DNA of 64,000 bases from Haplodiscus bocki. Its lineage: Eukaryota. Location: assembly GCA_965655095.1 (NCBI GenBank), contig OZ296657.1, positions 13,268,001-13,332,000 on the forward strand. Reading direction: 5' to 3'. A model generated the notes under the pieces. It did not search any database. It saw only the letters and a list, made by a program, of their open reading frames with translations, and was not told where the DNA came from. A program made the translations under genes and the position numbers. Positions 13,886 through 28,110 of the stretch are shown in pieces (positions within the stretch are counted from its first letter, which is position 1; each line of letters starts with the position of its first letter).

Positions 13886-14819
13886 TTTGTAGTTTTATCT
13901 TTATCAAGAGCTTTTCGATTTTGTTGTTCGTTTTGAATTTAACTTTCCTTATGTAATCCAATTATTACATGAAGAGCTTTTGTTAAAGTATTAGTATGTC
14001 GAGGTAGTTTTAATCCGAGCAAAACTTTTTCTCCATTCCAAAATATCAATATTATTGGAGGGAAAGACAATTTTCATTCTTTCAACTTGCAAAAGATCAG
14101 ATTCGTCTTCGTTCGAAAATGTAGTTTCAACATCTGCAACTGCTGGAGGAAGTTCTTCTATAAGGAAGGCTTTACGTTTGGAGTATCTATCTCCAACACC
14201 CGTAAATCCCACATTCTTTATATTATTGTTAAACACTAGAACATCCGTATCATTCTTCATACTTTAACCACTACATCCCGTCGAAAATAGAGTTTCATAT
14301 AACTCGTCATTTAATCCAGAAACAGTGACTCTTATTTATATCTTGTCGGCACCCAATGTCTCAAAAAGAACTCCGAGAATAGTTGCTTGGCCTGAAGAAT
14401 CTTGATTTAATTATAATGAATTGCAACTTTTCATCAAAGAACCTACAGTTCCTTTCGATGGAATACTGAACTTAGCATGATTTGGAAGGAGAATTATATT
14501 CGCTTCATTATCATCATTTCCATCCTCCAAGTCAATTTCAACAAGAAATAACTCTGGTTGGTTTTCACTTGCAGAATTTATTTTTTAAGTACTTCTTCTA
14601 TTTTTTAAAAGGAATCAGCCATCTCTTTCAGTTTTTTAGTATTAGGTTTAAACGTTTTTGGTAAATTTTTATCATGAGTTTGTTTTAAAATTTTGTTTTT
14701 AATTCTATTTGCCTTTTGATTTTTTGTACTTCTGATAGTTTAGCTGTTTCAATATTACCTTCCTTAGCAACACTAGGAAGAATACTCGCTTATTTAATTT
14801 AAAAAGAAGCGCTATCTGG

Positions 14820-15533
14820 AACGAATATACAGTTTGATCCGGAACAATAACGACCAGTGTATTTGTCTTTGGTGATATCAGTAAAAAGTGGTTGATATCT
14901 TTCAATGCATCAAATAGAAGTTAATTAATTGAAGTAATTAAGTGTCATATTAATAGATGCTGTTTCTTGATAGAGCTTTCGAAAATCTCTGAAATTGTTC
15001 GGCTCGATCAGATGATGAATATTTCATTTAGCCTTAACAGCTGTTTTTGGTATTTCGTAGTAGTCTTGACTGATTATGAAAAAATATATATTACTATGTC
15101 TAGATCATGTAAACATTGCTTGAACTCGACAATCGTTCTTCTCTTTTTCGTTTGAATCATCAGAATGAGTACCATTGCAAAATACAAATCTCAATTCTGC
15201 CTTTAGTTTCAATTTTCTAATGACTCATATGTTTTTATTTCTGTTTCTCAATCTTCAAAAATGCCGCCATGAACCATTTCCGCAATCAAAAAATCCAAAT
15301 TAGCTTCATTCAATAGGTTTTGGATTCCAATTATTGGAATGAAAAAATCATAACTTTTGGAAAAATTTTGATATAAATCTTGCTGTAGAGATCGCGAATG
15401 TATGAATAAATATTCCAAAACTGGCAATAGTATTCAAAATTAAATTTGTTAGAGAACAATAGTTTTCACATTCAAAACGTTCGGTGGTAAATAGTCTAGC
15501 AAGATGAGATGGGTATAGAACTTTGTTCATCAT
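14820..15533 (-). pseudogene. Packaging ATPase remnant
   Basis: KVLYPSHL..LTNLILN..; homologous to 8028-8750. Confidence 0.55.
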
Positions 15534-17399
15534 TTAGTTGTTATGAAAACAAAAGCTAAAAACTTGCCCAATTTATTGAAGCTATAAGAGATAGTAATAA
15601 AACACCCCCAGGATTTGAAAAAATTGAGTTTTCATCATCTATAGTTTGTTTGGTATTTTTTTCATTATCATATACATTTTATATACTATCATTAAAGCTG
15701 ACAAAATCATCAATTGTATTCAACATATTCATTTACACAGTGGAAACGTCTGATTTTTGCGCTGTATAAATGAGCAATCTTGATAAAGTGATCAAATTGG
15801 TTGATGATTTTATACAAATAACTAGGAATAAAGAAAACAGTTTGGAAGAAATAAGTGAAATTAGAACTTTTTCGAAAACTTGTTGAAAACATTCATAATG
15901 ATTGTGATAATCATCTTACTATATCGGACCTATTCAATAAAAATGAAGTTCTCTTAAGAATTTAGCTCGATTCGTTGAAAGATGAAATGTTTGACGAATT
16001 AAGTTTTAAAATACTACCAAATGAGATGGCTATTGATGAGGACAAAGCTGTTTTGGAAAATCATACCAAGAACAAAGACAAAAATAGCAGAAGCATTGGA
16101 CTAAAACATTTGGGTTTATCAATTTGGAGATGTAATGTGAGAGTATTTCCCAATTACAGGATGAAATAAACTCCGATGTAACCCATTTTCATAATGTGGA
16201 TTTTTATCATGTTTTCTACATGAAAGAATATTGAGCATTGATTTTGGTTGTTTAATATAAAGTTCAGAAGTCACCTTTATATTGGGACCAAAAGCTGTTA
16301 CAGGTACTTAACTTATACGAGAAAATTCAAGTCCTTTGGCACAAAATATTCAATCCAAAGTAATAAAAACCATTATAGGTGGATAATTGTTATGTTATTT
16401 TGTAATTCAAGTTCATTATGACTAGTAACTTTTTTGTTCAAAACCAATTTGAAATCATTTTTAACAAGATAAAATTCGAATTTTTCATTGTACTTTCGGA
16501 TATGTTCGTGAGAAAATGAATATATAGCAAAGAAATCAAGATTTTGGATAATATGTTTTGTTGGTATACACTTTTCAAAATCATTATGAGTTAGACTTTG
16601 AAGATGCTTTATTTAGCATTCAATATTATTATTTTTACCCATATATAACAATAGTAATCCATTTGAATAAACATGAATAGTTGAATTAAAAAATTTAATT
16701 TGGAGGAGAAAATCAAAAAGAATGTGACATTTATATTTTGAAATCTTCTAATCATGATATGCATCTTCATAAATTACGTAAAACTGCACAATAAGTTTTC
16801 CATGATGAAAAACGTTATTCAGATGAAATTGAAAGCACGCCGTGGAATTGATGTTTTTTGTTCTCAGAGTGGTATATTTGTATTGTCAAAATAATTTTTA
16901 TGTAACAACAATCTTTCTTAAAAAATTTGACATAATTTAATTTATAGTTTTTTACTATTGCTCTTTTGCATCCCCATTGACACGATATTCAGATTAAGTT
17001 TCTGTCAAAACGATCTTTCGTAACAAAATTAGTTTTATACGATATGATTTATTTTTTAATATCATTTTTGTGCACACGCATTGATACGATTCTCAGAAAA
17101 ACTTTATGTAAAATTGATCTTTCCAAGTAAAGATTTTCGTAAGTTTAAGTTCTTTTTATCATTCGGGTGTTCTCCCATTTATCTAGTGTTTAGAAGAACT
17201 TTCTGTAAAACGGTGTCTCATAATAAAGTTTTTATAAATTTAAGTTTCAATTTTTTATTTTCATTCCTTTGTACCCCCATTGATATATAAATTACACAGC
17301 AAAAATATTTGCGTCCGCGTCTTTTTAGTGTAGTTGCAAAATTTACCCGCAGTATTTTAACCGCAGTGCATCGTCGCATCTGGTGTCAAACGTGGTTTT

Positions 17400-18940
17400 T
17401 GTAACTACTTATGTACCATTTTTTGACACAGTTATCATACGTTTCCGAGCATAGTCGGCTATTTTTTCGTTATCCAGTTGTTCTGCTTTAGTTTCCTTGC
17501 AATATTTTTCAACCTGTTCAACTATATTTAATAAAATAATATTTCAAGTTGATAATTCTATATTTTCATCACCCAATATTTTATAACTTTTTTGAGCACC
17601 TAATAATAAGGCTACTAAGTTTTCACCTCTTTTAGCTTGTGTTAGTATAGACTAGGATTTGTATTCTTTAGTAAGTTTTAAATTTGTTTCTCTTGGATTT
17701 TGATCATTTGATGCAAGCTGAAAAGCTGAGTTCTTTTGATATTTATATTTTCATTTTCTATTAAAAGTTCTACCACAGTAGTTTTCCTCAAAAATACCGT
17801 TTTCGTATTTTGCAGTTCCACTTCTCACACAGGACGAGTTCCCAGTTAGTCTTTGGGGTTCTTGTTTCTTCTTTTGGCGGTTTTTGGTTTTAAAAGCTGT
17901 CCATATTTGTTTTATCTCTAAATCTTTCAATAGTAGAATTGAGACAACCGAAGCATCTGGTTTTTGGTTTAGTTTGGGAAAAATTGTCTTTTTTCCCATG
18001 AGTTTTAAAATTTACTCACTTTTCTTTTAGAAATCTAAAATTGAATATGTGTGATTTGTAAAGAGAGTTTATAGTAAATGTAGTGGACATTTATTGAAAA
18101 TAATATTGAAATTATTTCAAAGTAGTCATTTTTTCCTTTAGTAATTCCATCACACTCTTCCATGTCTACCTCAGGAAACCTTGCTTTTTTGTTTCTTCAG
18201 GTTTATTGATTTCAAAAGTTCAACCCATTACAACGCTTTTTATGACATGAAGGTTTTTATAACAAAAACTTCACCTGAAATACTGAAATAACGACAATTA
18301 AATGAATGTAAAATGTCTTTTTGCGTTTTTTCATCTGTTCCCTTTGAATATCATGAACTTCACGTTTCTTCTTTTCTTCTGAATGTAGTTACTAGTTTTC
18401 AATTTCGAAAAGATTAATTTTCATATCTCTAAATTTTATCTGGCTGCCAGTGATATTCTTCAAACCAAATTTTGGATCTCCTTCGTCTAAATTGTGTTTT
18501 GGTATTTTTCTTTTCATTATCAAGCTGGTGTCTTTTTTAAGTATTACTTTCAATTTAAAATAAATCAATTCTTTCAATGCATTCTCTGCAAAATTCTTTA
18601 ACCAAAGCAATAACGTCCGTCTAATGAATAAATAGATTTCGATAAGTACTTTTTATTAAAACACAAACATATTCATTACTCGACCTTGCAGACAACAGTT
18701 TTGTACTGTGCCATTCTTCAAAATGGGGAAAAAGAGTATCTGAAAACTCTTTCTTAATTTTTATCTTTGGTAAATAGGACACCATTTGAAAAGAAAATTA
18801 CATTTTAGGTATTGAAGTTGACGGTTTTAGATGAACATGGATCAATGATAATTTACTTGACATATATCTTAGCTGGACATGGGAAGCCGATTTTTTACCT
18901 CCCTTGGACATGATAGATGAATTTTTTCATTCTAAACAAG
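17400..18940 (-). pseudogene. Possible MULE/MuDR transposase remnant
   Basis: KIGFPCPAKIYVK (GCM1/WRKY-like), EVDMEECDG, KCPLHLL (CxxH) in MULE order; heavily decayed. Confidence 0.35.
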
Positions 18941-18964
18941 TTTCAGCTTACTAAAATAATTTTT

Positions 18965-19367
18965 AGAGCTCAAGACCCTTAGAACTTACTGCCTTTGTAT
19001 GCTTTGTATGACGTCACAAGGCCAACGTAGGTAGCCCAGAAATTAGTGGCTATCAACCAAAACACCATTACAACCACCTTCTTCTCATTTTCCTGCAGAA
19101 AATAACAAAAATTCACCCATTTTTCCATCATTTTCCTCAATATGTTCCTTAATTTCAAAAAAAAATGCATAAAATTAGTGAAATTTTCAACCTTTCAGCT
19201 GCGAATTTGAAAAAAAAAATGACGTAAAAATATAGAAAAACGAGGGTAAAAATGACAGAAGCAGTGAGTATATTGGTGTTTTGGTTGTTAGTCACTATTA
19301 TATTGGCTACCTACGTTGGCCTTGTGCCGTCCTACTAAGACAATAAGTTCTAGTGGTTTTGAGCATT
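18965..19367. mobile_element. MITE with ~120-130 bp imperfect terminal inverted repeats
   Basis: GCTCAAGACCCTTAGAACTTA..CACAAGGCCAACGTAGGTAGCC..CAACCAAAACACCA is mirrored as TGGTGTTTTGGTTG..GGCTACCTACGTTGGCCTTGTG..TAAGTTCTAGTGGTTTTGAGC. Confidence 0.75.
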
Positions 19368-21858
19368 AAGAACCTATACTGACACTGCATTTCAGTCTTG
19401 ACTGTCTCGATAGTCTTGACAATCCCAGGAGGCCCATCGATGGTCAACGACAGCTCAGCGATTGTGCGTTTTCCGCTGATTTTGAAAAATTTCGGGAGGA
19501 AAATTGTTCAAGTTAAAAACTGAAATGCTCATTTGGTGAATATCTAAAATAAAAGAATTTTTTGCCGCTGGCATGGGACATATTCTTAAATTGAAGAAAA
19601 ACCAGTAGGGTAGTTTTTTTCTAGTCCCTGATTCCCAATCAAGCATAGTGTGACATTTTTAGAGTCGAAAATTTTTGAAAATGCTTTCGAAGTATCTTGT
19701 TTCAGGGTTGAGTTTTTATATAAGGAAAATTCTTACGAAGGTTTTTCATACCGGACAAATGTAGACAACTTTTTACTATATTATTTGTCAAACATTTTTT
19801 TCGGTTTCTGCGTTAGATCATTTTTTTTCGGTACTCTTTCCGAAAAATGCCTCAGAAAGTTGAAATTTAGGTCCACGTCCTTTGTTTTTTTTTCAATGAA
19901 ATTGCTTGCAAAAAAGTTTTGATACTGGTTCATTGTAGATACTATTGTGCAAGAGTTTTCGAACGTTATTTTCTTCATGATCTGCAGCAGATCGTTGTCT
20001 TTCTGCCTTATTTGCAAAACAAATATTCTAAAATTTGCTGTACTCGGATAAAAATCCATGTTTTTTGACTGAAAGTTTTTTTCAAAAACTCATTACACCT
20101 GACAAAAATTAGAAATTTCAGGCAGGATAAAAATAGGGCAAAACCTTAAAGGAGATAACGTCATTGACAAAGCAGAAAACTAGTGAGTAGAATTTTTCTA
20201 GAAACTTAGGCCCTGAGTGACTCCTAAAACCTGAAGTTTTTAAAGATTAAAATGATGGAAAAAAAAACGACATTGCGAGGGCCATCCGACCCGTTCTTAG
20301 AATCAGACTTTCATCACTCACAATCGTTGAACCATCGATGCCCATCGAAAAAGTATCTGGGCCAGCGCTGCTGAGGGCAAAAGCATTGATGGGTTCACAA
20401 TGACCATCGATAGTCACAGATGAAGTCTCAGCACGGGAAGATTCGTACAATAATGGAATTATTCAAACATCAAATTTCCGGAGCAGATTTATACGAATAT
20501 TCTATTCGAGAATGATTACATAACTTGAGTGTACATTTACGGGGTTTTCGGGAGCAGATTTTAGAGACTCTCAGTTTTTGTTGGAGACAGATGAGAACTC
20601 ATGTTGCTGAAAGAAAAACTGTCATACTGCTCTTTTATCATGTATGACGTACATACAATTCTTTCACCAATATTAGATTATGATCAGTTTGGGCGGGGAA
20701 CCAAGCGTATCTCGCAGTTGAGATGAATTGTATACACAACAAGTGAATTTCAGTTGCATTGGCAAACATTTTAATCTAAAACTATTAAGTTTCTTTTCCC
20801 AAAATTTACCACATTCCTTTTAAGTCTATACGGTTTCGAGGATAACAGGAAAAGTTTCAAATATTTTATTAGAACACAGTTTTAAATGTCTTTCATCGCA
20901 CTGAATTTCTTTGAAGTAGCACACTTCTAACAGTTATTTAGGAAGATCAAACCCGCGTGTCTAACTTCTAGGAAATCCTTAGCCATTTTTCGGGGAGTGC
21001 GGAAACTGGATGTTTCTAGCCATCCTTTTTTTCTGGTGAGCTTGATTATTCTACTCCAACTCGTCACAAGTGCCGTTGCTGTAAAAAAGCGCTGGCTGTC
21101 ATTAAAAAATAAAAAAAATCCCAGACTGACCTCGCTTAAAAAAACAAGCTGAATAAAATGAGTATCATAGCAGACTGAACTGAACATAGTTTGGTCTATT
21201 TATGATTCCAGTAGACCCAAAATCTGGTCCATTTATGATAACAGTTTAGCCATAGTCTGAGCCATTCATAACTCGTCCAGACTGACCATAGTCTGGGCCA
21301 TATATGATTTCCTAGGTGATCATCACAAGATCAAATACAAAATTTTGTCTGATTAGTATGGCGCCATACTATGGTCAGCTGACTATGATAGACTATGATC
21401 AGCTTGGTAGAGAAACCCGTGTTTTTTTGCAGATCCCTGGTTATCATTTCTATTTTTTATTTTCAGACAGATGTGTTGCGATTCCAGAGTTTACACAAAA
21501 TTTTCATTTGTTTGATTTGATTCATTCTCCAAGGAAAATAGATAAAATGGCAAGAAAAACCGACCAATGGATTTCCATCATGGCTAACATGGCCGGAATG
21601 GCAACAAAGATGCTGCCAAAGACTTGTTCCGTGTCTTTATTTTCATTCACAAAGAAGATTCAGCGGTCGCTCTTGGCAAAAATAAGACTTTTATTCAACG
21701 GATTTCTACGTGAAAGCCCAAAATTGAACACCGGTAAATGATAATCAACTTCCAAAATTCAATATTCAAAGAAATGCTCAGTAGAAAACGGATACACTAT
21801 CTTCTCAAAGTGTTATGCTTGTTGCACAAAAGCTACTTGTTACTGGCAAGTAGACATA

Positions 21859-22281
21859 CCGTAAAGTCCGGCGTAAAAGACCCCTTCAAACTATAAAGCA
21901 GAAAATCGGATTTAGTATATCCTCACCGCATAAGACCGCTCATATAAAATATCGGTATACGTACTTTAAGATGAAAAAAATCTATTGGTGGTTGTTTATT
22001 CGAAAAAGAAATGTTTTGTGTATAATTGTCATAAAAACATCAAAATATCTAACAAAGACTATCTAGATATTAAAATTTGTTCATCAAAAAAACAGAAAAT
22101 TAAAAATTAAAAATCTTGTGCAGCCAGCCCAGAAAAATCGTGTTCGTGTGTCTTTATGTGACATTTTCATTCATTTAAATTATTTTATAATGACTTTCTT
22201 CCTCGACGTAAAAGACTCCTCCGTCAAGTTTGGAGCTAAATTTTGGTCTTGAAAAAGGGTCTTATACGCCGGACTTTACGG
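21859..22281. mobile_element. Tc2/pogo-like (Tc1/mariner superfamily) MITE, 423 bp
   Basis: 25-bp TIR CCGTAAAGTCCGGCGTA(A/T)AAGACCC with 1 mismatch; TA TSD at 21857-58 and 22282-83. Confidence 0.9.
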
Positions 22282-22479
22282 TACTCATTTTCAGGAGAAT
22301 ATTCATATATTTTTTGATGCTTCTTGCTTCCAAATTCATCAGCTCACAGAAGGGTTCACCTGCAAATTTGCTTATTCCCGTAAACTTTTTCTCACAGATC
22401 TTGTAAAACAAAACTCAATCTAAACCACAAAGCATAACGAAAAATTCTTTCCAATTATATGCACGTCATCGATCGCCCT

Positions 22480-22870
22480 GAGTTTTCCACTCTACCGCTG
22501 TGACGGTAAATGCTAAGTTATTGACTAACATTTTGGCTGCTGAATTTGGAAACGATAAATATCATTACAGTGTCCGTGAAATCTCGAACTTTTACTCTGA
22601 ACTTTTCTTTAAAATGTCTAATCTACAAAATAAATGTTTTGAAGATTCCAGTTCTTTTCCCATGGCGTTTTTGTGTGATGAGCGAAATCAAATACATGCC
22701 CAAGTAGGAAAATCATGAAAATTTTTCATATTGAAAAAGTTCAGGCAAGCAAAATTTTCGACAAAACATGTGAAATTCAGACGACATGCATCAGTGAACC
22801 ATACAGAGCATTCCTGCAAAATACAATGCTAAAAAAATGGCCATTCTTTTTCCTTATGGCATGACTATAT
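22480..22870 (+). pseudogene. Possible MULE-like transposase fragment
   Basis: YHYSVREISNFYS..FPMAFLCDERN resembles the YDTTFNLGDFY..IP.AFL.HERK segment of MULE-like transposases. Confidence 0.3.
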
Positions 22871-24049
22871 TCATATTAATCCGTCAAAAGTGATTAGCAT
22901 TGGGCTTTTGCGCCCCTTATCACTTGCAACTGACGGAAGCTTGTGATTGATGGGGAGACCAGTTACCGAACAGTGGATAAGTAATAATTAGTTTCTACGC
23001 TCAGACAATTAACGCCAATCATTTTTATTATTACTTAAAGGTAATTACAAAAACTCGGCTAAAATATTTTTCGAGGCCCCTATTTTTAAGCGCTGTCAAA
23101 AATGTACCGAAATGAAGAACTTTTGAAGTTATGTAGATAGAAACCAGTTTTTTCCATGTGAAAAAAAAACAATGAAGTGCTTGGAAAATCTTGTGTGCTT
23201 CGAGGAACATTTTCTGAGATTACCAAAAAAATGTATTTTGAAAGAAAAATTTTGCAGACCGCAATAACATGAAAACTTCAAAACTTTAAACAATTTCATA
23301 TTATTGGGATCTGCCAAAGTTTAATTTGAAAAATTTAATTTTTGGTAATCTTAGAAACGATTCCTTGGAGCATTTAAACTTTCCCTGATTTTCATTCCTT
23401 TTTACATAGAAAATGCGTAGATTTTTTTAAAGTATATCAGGACTTTCCATGGGGTTGTCATATTTCAAGAATTGTAAAACTTTACATTCTTCTTCTAATA
23501 ATTTACAAGAAGCGTCAGTAACTGGAAAAGAGTTTACAACCTCCATGCAGTGTCAACTAGGGCAGTTCAGTTTTCGTTGCATTATGCAGACAGACGTTAG
23601 CGTTGAAATACATAAATTTTCCTTGTGCTTCCTTCTATACGACAATAATGTCTTAATCTTTTCTGTTAACCCTCACCCAACCGATTTAACTCCCCACACG
23701 CTCGACCAAAATGAGGTGCAATTTTCATATCAACTTTTGATGCCTTGAAGTAATCTCATAACAAAAGATATCCATATCATGCTCAAGTTGCCTAGACTTA
23801 TCCTTCTTGTATCCCTCTTCTTATTATTTCCTGAATTGACACTAAAAAATCAATATATTGTAAAGTGTGACGAAGAAAAACCTACTCATCCAAATGTCGT
23901 TTATCTGACAGAAAAGTAAGTCAATAAAGGAAGACTTTCATAGAAAATATGTTTTTTGAGAGCGAACTTTCTCATTAAGAAAATAAAACAATTCCAGCGA
24001 ACAAAAATTTCAATGCATCTGTCTTTAGCACGTCAACAAATGTCACGAG

Positions 24050-24053
<4 letters not shown>

Positions 24054-24091
<38 letters not shown>
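24054..24091. repeat. (CT)n microsatellite
   Basis: About 19 perfect CT units. Confidence 0.95.
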
Positions 24092-24093
<2 letters not shown>

Positions 24094-24877
24094 TTCTCTC
24101 TTAATGAGTCCTCTTAAGTAGTCCTCCTGCGATCTAGGAGCGCTTGAGTTTTGTGCCAAGTTGCTCCTAGGATGCTCTTCACAATTTTCCTTATTTAATG
24201 CTGCCAATTTCCTCTTGTTTCGAGTTGTCATCTTTCACGAGAAAAATAATGATCAGTCAGTAATACTTGATTATTTTTCAGAAGGAGAAATCAATTTCGG
24301 TCTTTTTAACAGGTTTTATCAACATCGAAGGCAAATACTATACTGGAATATTATCATCAGTACTTTACAATAAATAAAAAATTGTGTCTTCTGTACTTTC
24401 ATTTCTCCTATTTATACCTTTTCCTGGCGGGAAACATAATTGTTTACACACCAAGTCAAGGTACAAATAGGGAAAAGTACTGTCTAAAAGTATAACATCA
24501 AAGTTAGAAAAGCCGACACTGGCGGGAAATAAAAAACTTTTCCATCCATCTCTTCCATCATAGGACGCGCCTTTTCCCTCTTTCGACAGAAAATGGACGG
24601 TGCTAATCCGTCGGAGATGGACATCAAAGCGTTTATTCCCGCGCCGACATGTTGTTTACAGTCTTATTAAACTAAATTTCTTAATTGGGAAAGGAAAATA
24701 AAATGAGTAAAATGAAAAATGAAGAAATAAAATAAAATACAAAATTCATTACTTCAGTCTAGAAACACATTAAATCATCATTTCCATGTTCATTTCATCA
24801 TCACCTGATTATTTAGTCTTTTGGAAATGAGGAGAAACTAGTATCACTACTAGTTTACTCCTCGTTCCGACTAGTAG

Positions 24878-25120
24878 CTACCTTATGGTCTCCGGAGCAG
24901 CTCCGTAGCCACTAGTAGTACAAGTTAATTCAGTCAGCGCTACTAGTGGTCTCCGGAGCAGCTCCGTAGCCACTAGTAGTACAAGTTAATTCAGTCAGCG
25001 CTACTAGTGGTCTCCGGAGCAGCTCCGTAGCCACTAGTAGTACAAGTTAAAATTCAGTCTGCTACTAGTGGCCTCCGGAGCAGCTCCGTAGCCACTAGTA
25101 GTACAAGCATCAATACAGTC
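24878..25120. repeat. Tandem repeat, 61-bp unit x ~4, each unit holding a 40-bp imperfect palindrome
   Basis: Unit CTACTAGTGG-TCTC-CGGAGC-A-GCTCCG-TAG-CCACTAGTAG-TACAAGTTAATTCAGTCAGCG; starts near 24878 (degenerate), 24940, 25001, 25062. Confidence 0.95.
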
Positions 25121-28110
25121 AGGCGTGCTCAAATTAGGAGTGAATACGGAGTCACTCCGTATTTACCATAGCACTGCAGCACAGCATAGCTATAAGAATG
25201 ATTGTGACGTCACCAGACTAGTAGCGACGGAACGCGTACGGAACAAATATTCACTCCGAGAGTCAATTTGATAGCACTTTAGCACAGTAAGCTAAGCTAA
25301 TAACACTCAAAAGGTGGATGTAAATCAAAGAAAATGAATAAGTTATTACAAATTATAGCACCTTTTAGAATGAAAAACTCTGTGAATATCCGTTTGTTCC
25401 GTAACGGTTCCATATTGGTCCGGATCAGTTCACTAGGGTATATGATACGGATCAGTAACATGAAAATTAAGAGAAATATGAAATATTGTGTTTTATTTAC
25501 AGCTCATCAATTCCCTTGAGGGTCTGGGAATGTTCTTTTCTTCTGCAGCTCTAATCCGCAGGCTTCGCAAGCATACTGCGACACTAATTTTTATTATTGT
25601 CGTGATCGCAGCTCTCCCCTCATTGAAAACAAACCAAAACCCCATTCAGGAATCACTTGAGTCAAATTCTGATCGACTTTGAAAATACGGTAGTCAAACA
25701 AGGTAATCTAAATTGCATACCGGATCGATTTTTTTTTAGTTCTCTCCTAATTTTCCGGACGAATTGAAAAATAATTGATATGCCAAACTTTTTCAAACTT
25801 TACCTTCAGGGATCTAGTGGATAAACAAATTTTGTTCGAAGTCTTACAGAAAAGGACCTACCATTTTTAACTATCATAACTCTGTCAAAGATCGCAAAGA
25901 CATTTACTTCGTTTCCACCATTTCCGATAGCATCAATTATTAAATGCCCGCCTAACAACTGATTTCTCTAAAAAACCGAAACATGAAATTATCCGAAATC
26001 TTTTGAAACTTCTTTCAATTTAACTATCAATTTATATGGAGGCGACAGCATCAACAAGCTCTTGGACATGCTCCGACTTTTTTTTAACCAGTTGAAGTCC
26101 TTTGGTTTCAACGGACGATCAATTTGAGTACCCCACATAATCAAACTTTGTACGAAGTATTTTTGAATTTTTACAGCCCATCCATTTTAAGTCTGTGTGC
26201 ACTTTTAATCTCAAAAACTACCATTGGTCACAACTTCAAGACTCAATTTTTCAAAGTCTCCAATGATAGTCAACATCGTACCATTTCCCATCTTTGCCAA
26301 AAAAATCGACCACTGCAGTTTTTTCAACAACTCAAAGCTTCATTAAAGTCCTCCGATTATACTAAAGGCTCAATTTACAGCAACTAAAATATTTCAGGGC
26401 CAAGTCAAAACATAACATCTTCCCACTTAAATAATCACAGCAGACAGCCACGAGGTTTTCCTACTATTCAATTTGGTTCAAGTCCTACAACACTTCAAGT
26501 TACTTCTTCATTATAAGATCTGACTTCGGAAAGCCCCCTCGTAAAATTTTTAACAACTTTCATTTTAGCCAACAACCTTAAATCAAATTTGTTGAAAAAA
26601 AATCAACAGAAGTTGGACAAAATATTTCTACTGCCCCGCCTCAGATTCAGTCCAGTCAAAAACACGACGTTTTTAAAATTTTCGAGACCCAACAGCTTCT
26701 ATTCCACTTTTTATCCCCCGTGAAGCAAATCATCAGCAAATTAAACATTGATTTTAGAACAAACTGTTTGTCCTATTCAACCCACAAACCACTCACTACT
26801 TCCCACAAAAGCTCCCAACAACTTTTCACCATTGACGCAGCTTAATGCATATCTTATAACAACTACTACTTCTTTCTAACAGACACTCCAAATATGTACT
26901 GTATATCTTTGCACAACTTAAACATGTCCACTTCCAACTAACATCAATCAAATTCACCAAAAAATTTCTTTTCTAGCAGCCAGATCTATACCCCATTCAA
27001 ATCCACACGTCTGAACTACTACAACATTAAAACCAAAAAACTCTCCAGAAACTTACTTTATACATAACACAATTTCAGATTAGAATTCAATCGGTGTTAC
27101 ATAAATAATCAACCCTTTTTAAATCCCACAAAAGTGAGTACAACCATCAATACTATCCGAATCTTTCCACAAACACCACCTTCTTCATTACAGTTGAGCC
27201 CGTACAAAAGTATTATTAGTCCACCAATTTCAATCCCAGATATATTTCAAAACACCTTGAAAAAACCAAACACAAGACAATACGTAGCTCCACTACCTTC
27301 GGCTCATATATCAATTCGTGATTCCTAATCCTTACCTCAGGCATTCATTCCAGATCTCAATTTTTTTCATGGCGTAATTGAAAAAAAACTGCAGAAAACC
27401 ATTTGGAAAAAATCGGAAACTTTGTCTCTTTTGAACAAGACTGACAACAGAACGACCCAAATTGAAGTTTATTTTGCCATAATTGATTTATGGCTATTGT
27501 TCAACGCTGTCTTGAAAATAAAGCATTAGGTTTCCATACAAAAGTTGACGAAAACTACCAATGACATTCAAATACTTTTGTCCACTTCATTAAACGGCGA
27601 TTTTTGACACTTAAGATATCAATTTAGGGTTCAAACTGAACCCATTGCAATTAATGAAAACGTGATGAAAAGATTCGCCAAAATGGTATTTGGGTTCAAA
27701 CTGCTGTTGAACGAGGCAGCTGTAGAATCTGCACAACTGCTACTAAAATAGAACATACGCAAACCTCACCAACAATTTACCGAGAAAAAGACATTTCCCA
27801 TGAAGTCTAGCCGAACCGTTTCCTCCTGGACTTGAAGTTTTCAAACCATTTGATTCTCTTGTGATAGTAGTTGAAGTGAAGATGTTTCCAATTGAAGAAT
27901 TATTGTTCAAGATTGAATGTGCAAAACAAATAACATTACCAAAAAGGTACATGCACTTGATTTTTTATCTGAAAAATCAACGCAGAGTATAAATACATCC
28001 CAAATTGACCTTGATTCCAGATTAAAACTTGAACTCACAAACAAACTTTTCACTTTTTGCAACGAGTCGATTTAATATTTTTCTGGTTGATGCAGAAGAC
28101 CATAAAATAC

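Larger units (their letters stand above)
10255..17330 (-). mobile_element. Decayed Polinton/adintovirus-like element B (Zn finger, ATPase, small ORF, minor capsid, MCP, protease, fibre-like gene)
   Basis: Minus-strand gene remnants in Polinton order; reverse-complement ATCAATGGGGGTACA motif at ~17270-17285; DNA similarity to A (CTTCAAAGTCTAACTCA..ATTATCCAAAATC at ~7057-7120 vs ~16540-16605). Confidence 0.75.

Noticed and set aside
24043-24231. ERERER protein
   Set aside because: Translation of the (CT)n microsatellite; the N-terminal part may be a retroelement ORF start but is too short to assign.
24878-25120. CRISPR array (palindromic repeats with ~21-nt spacers)
   Set aside because: Spacers are near-identical, there are no cas genes and the context is eukaryotic; it is a tandem repeat.
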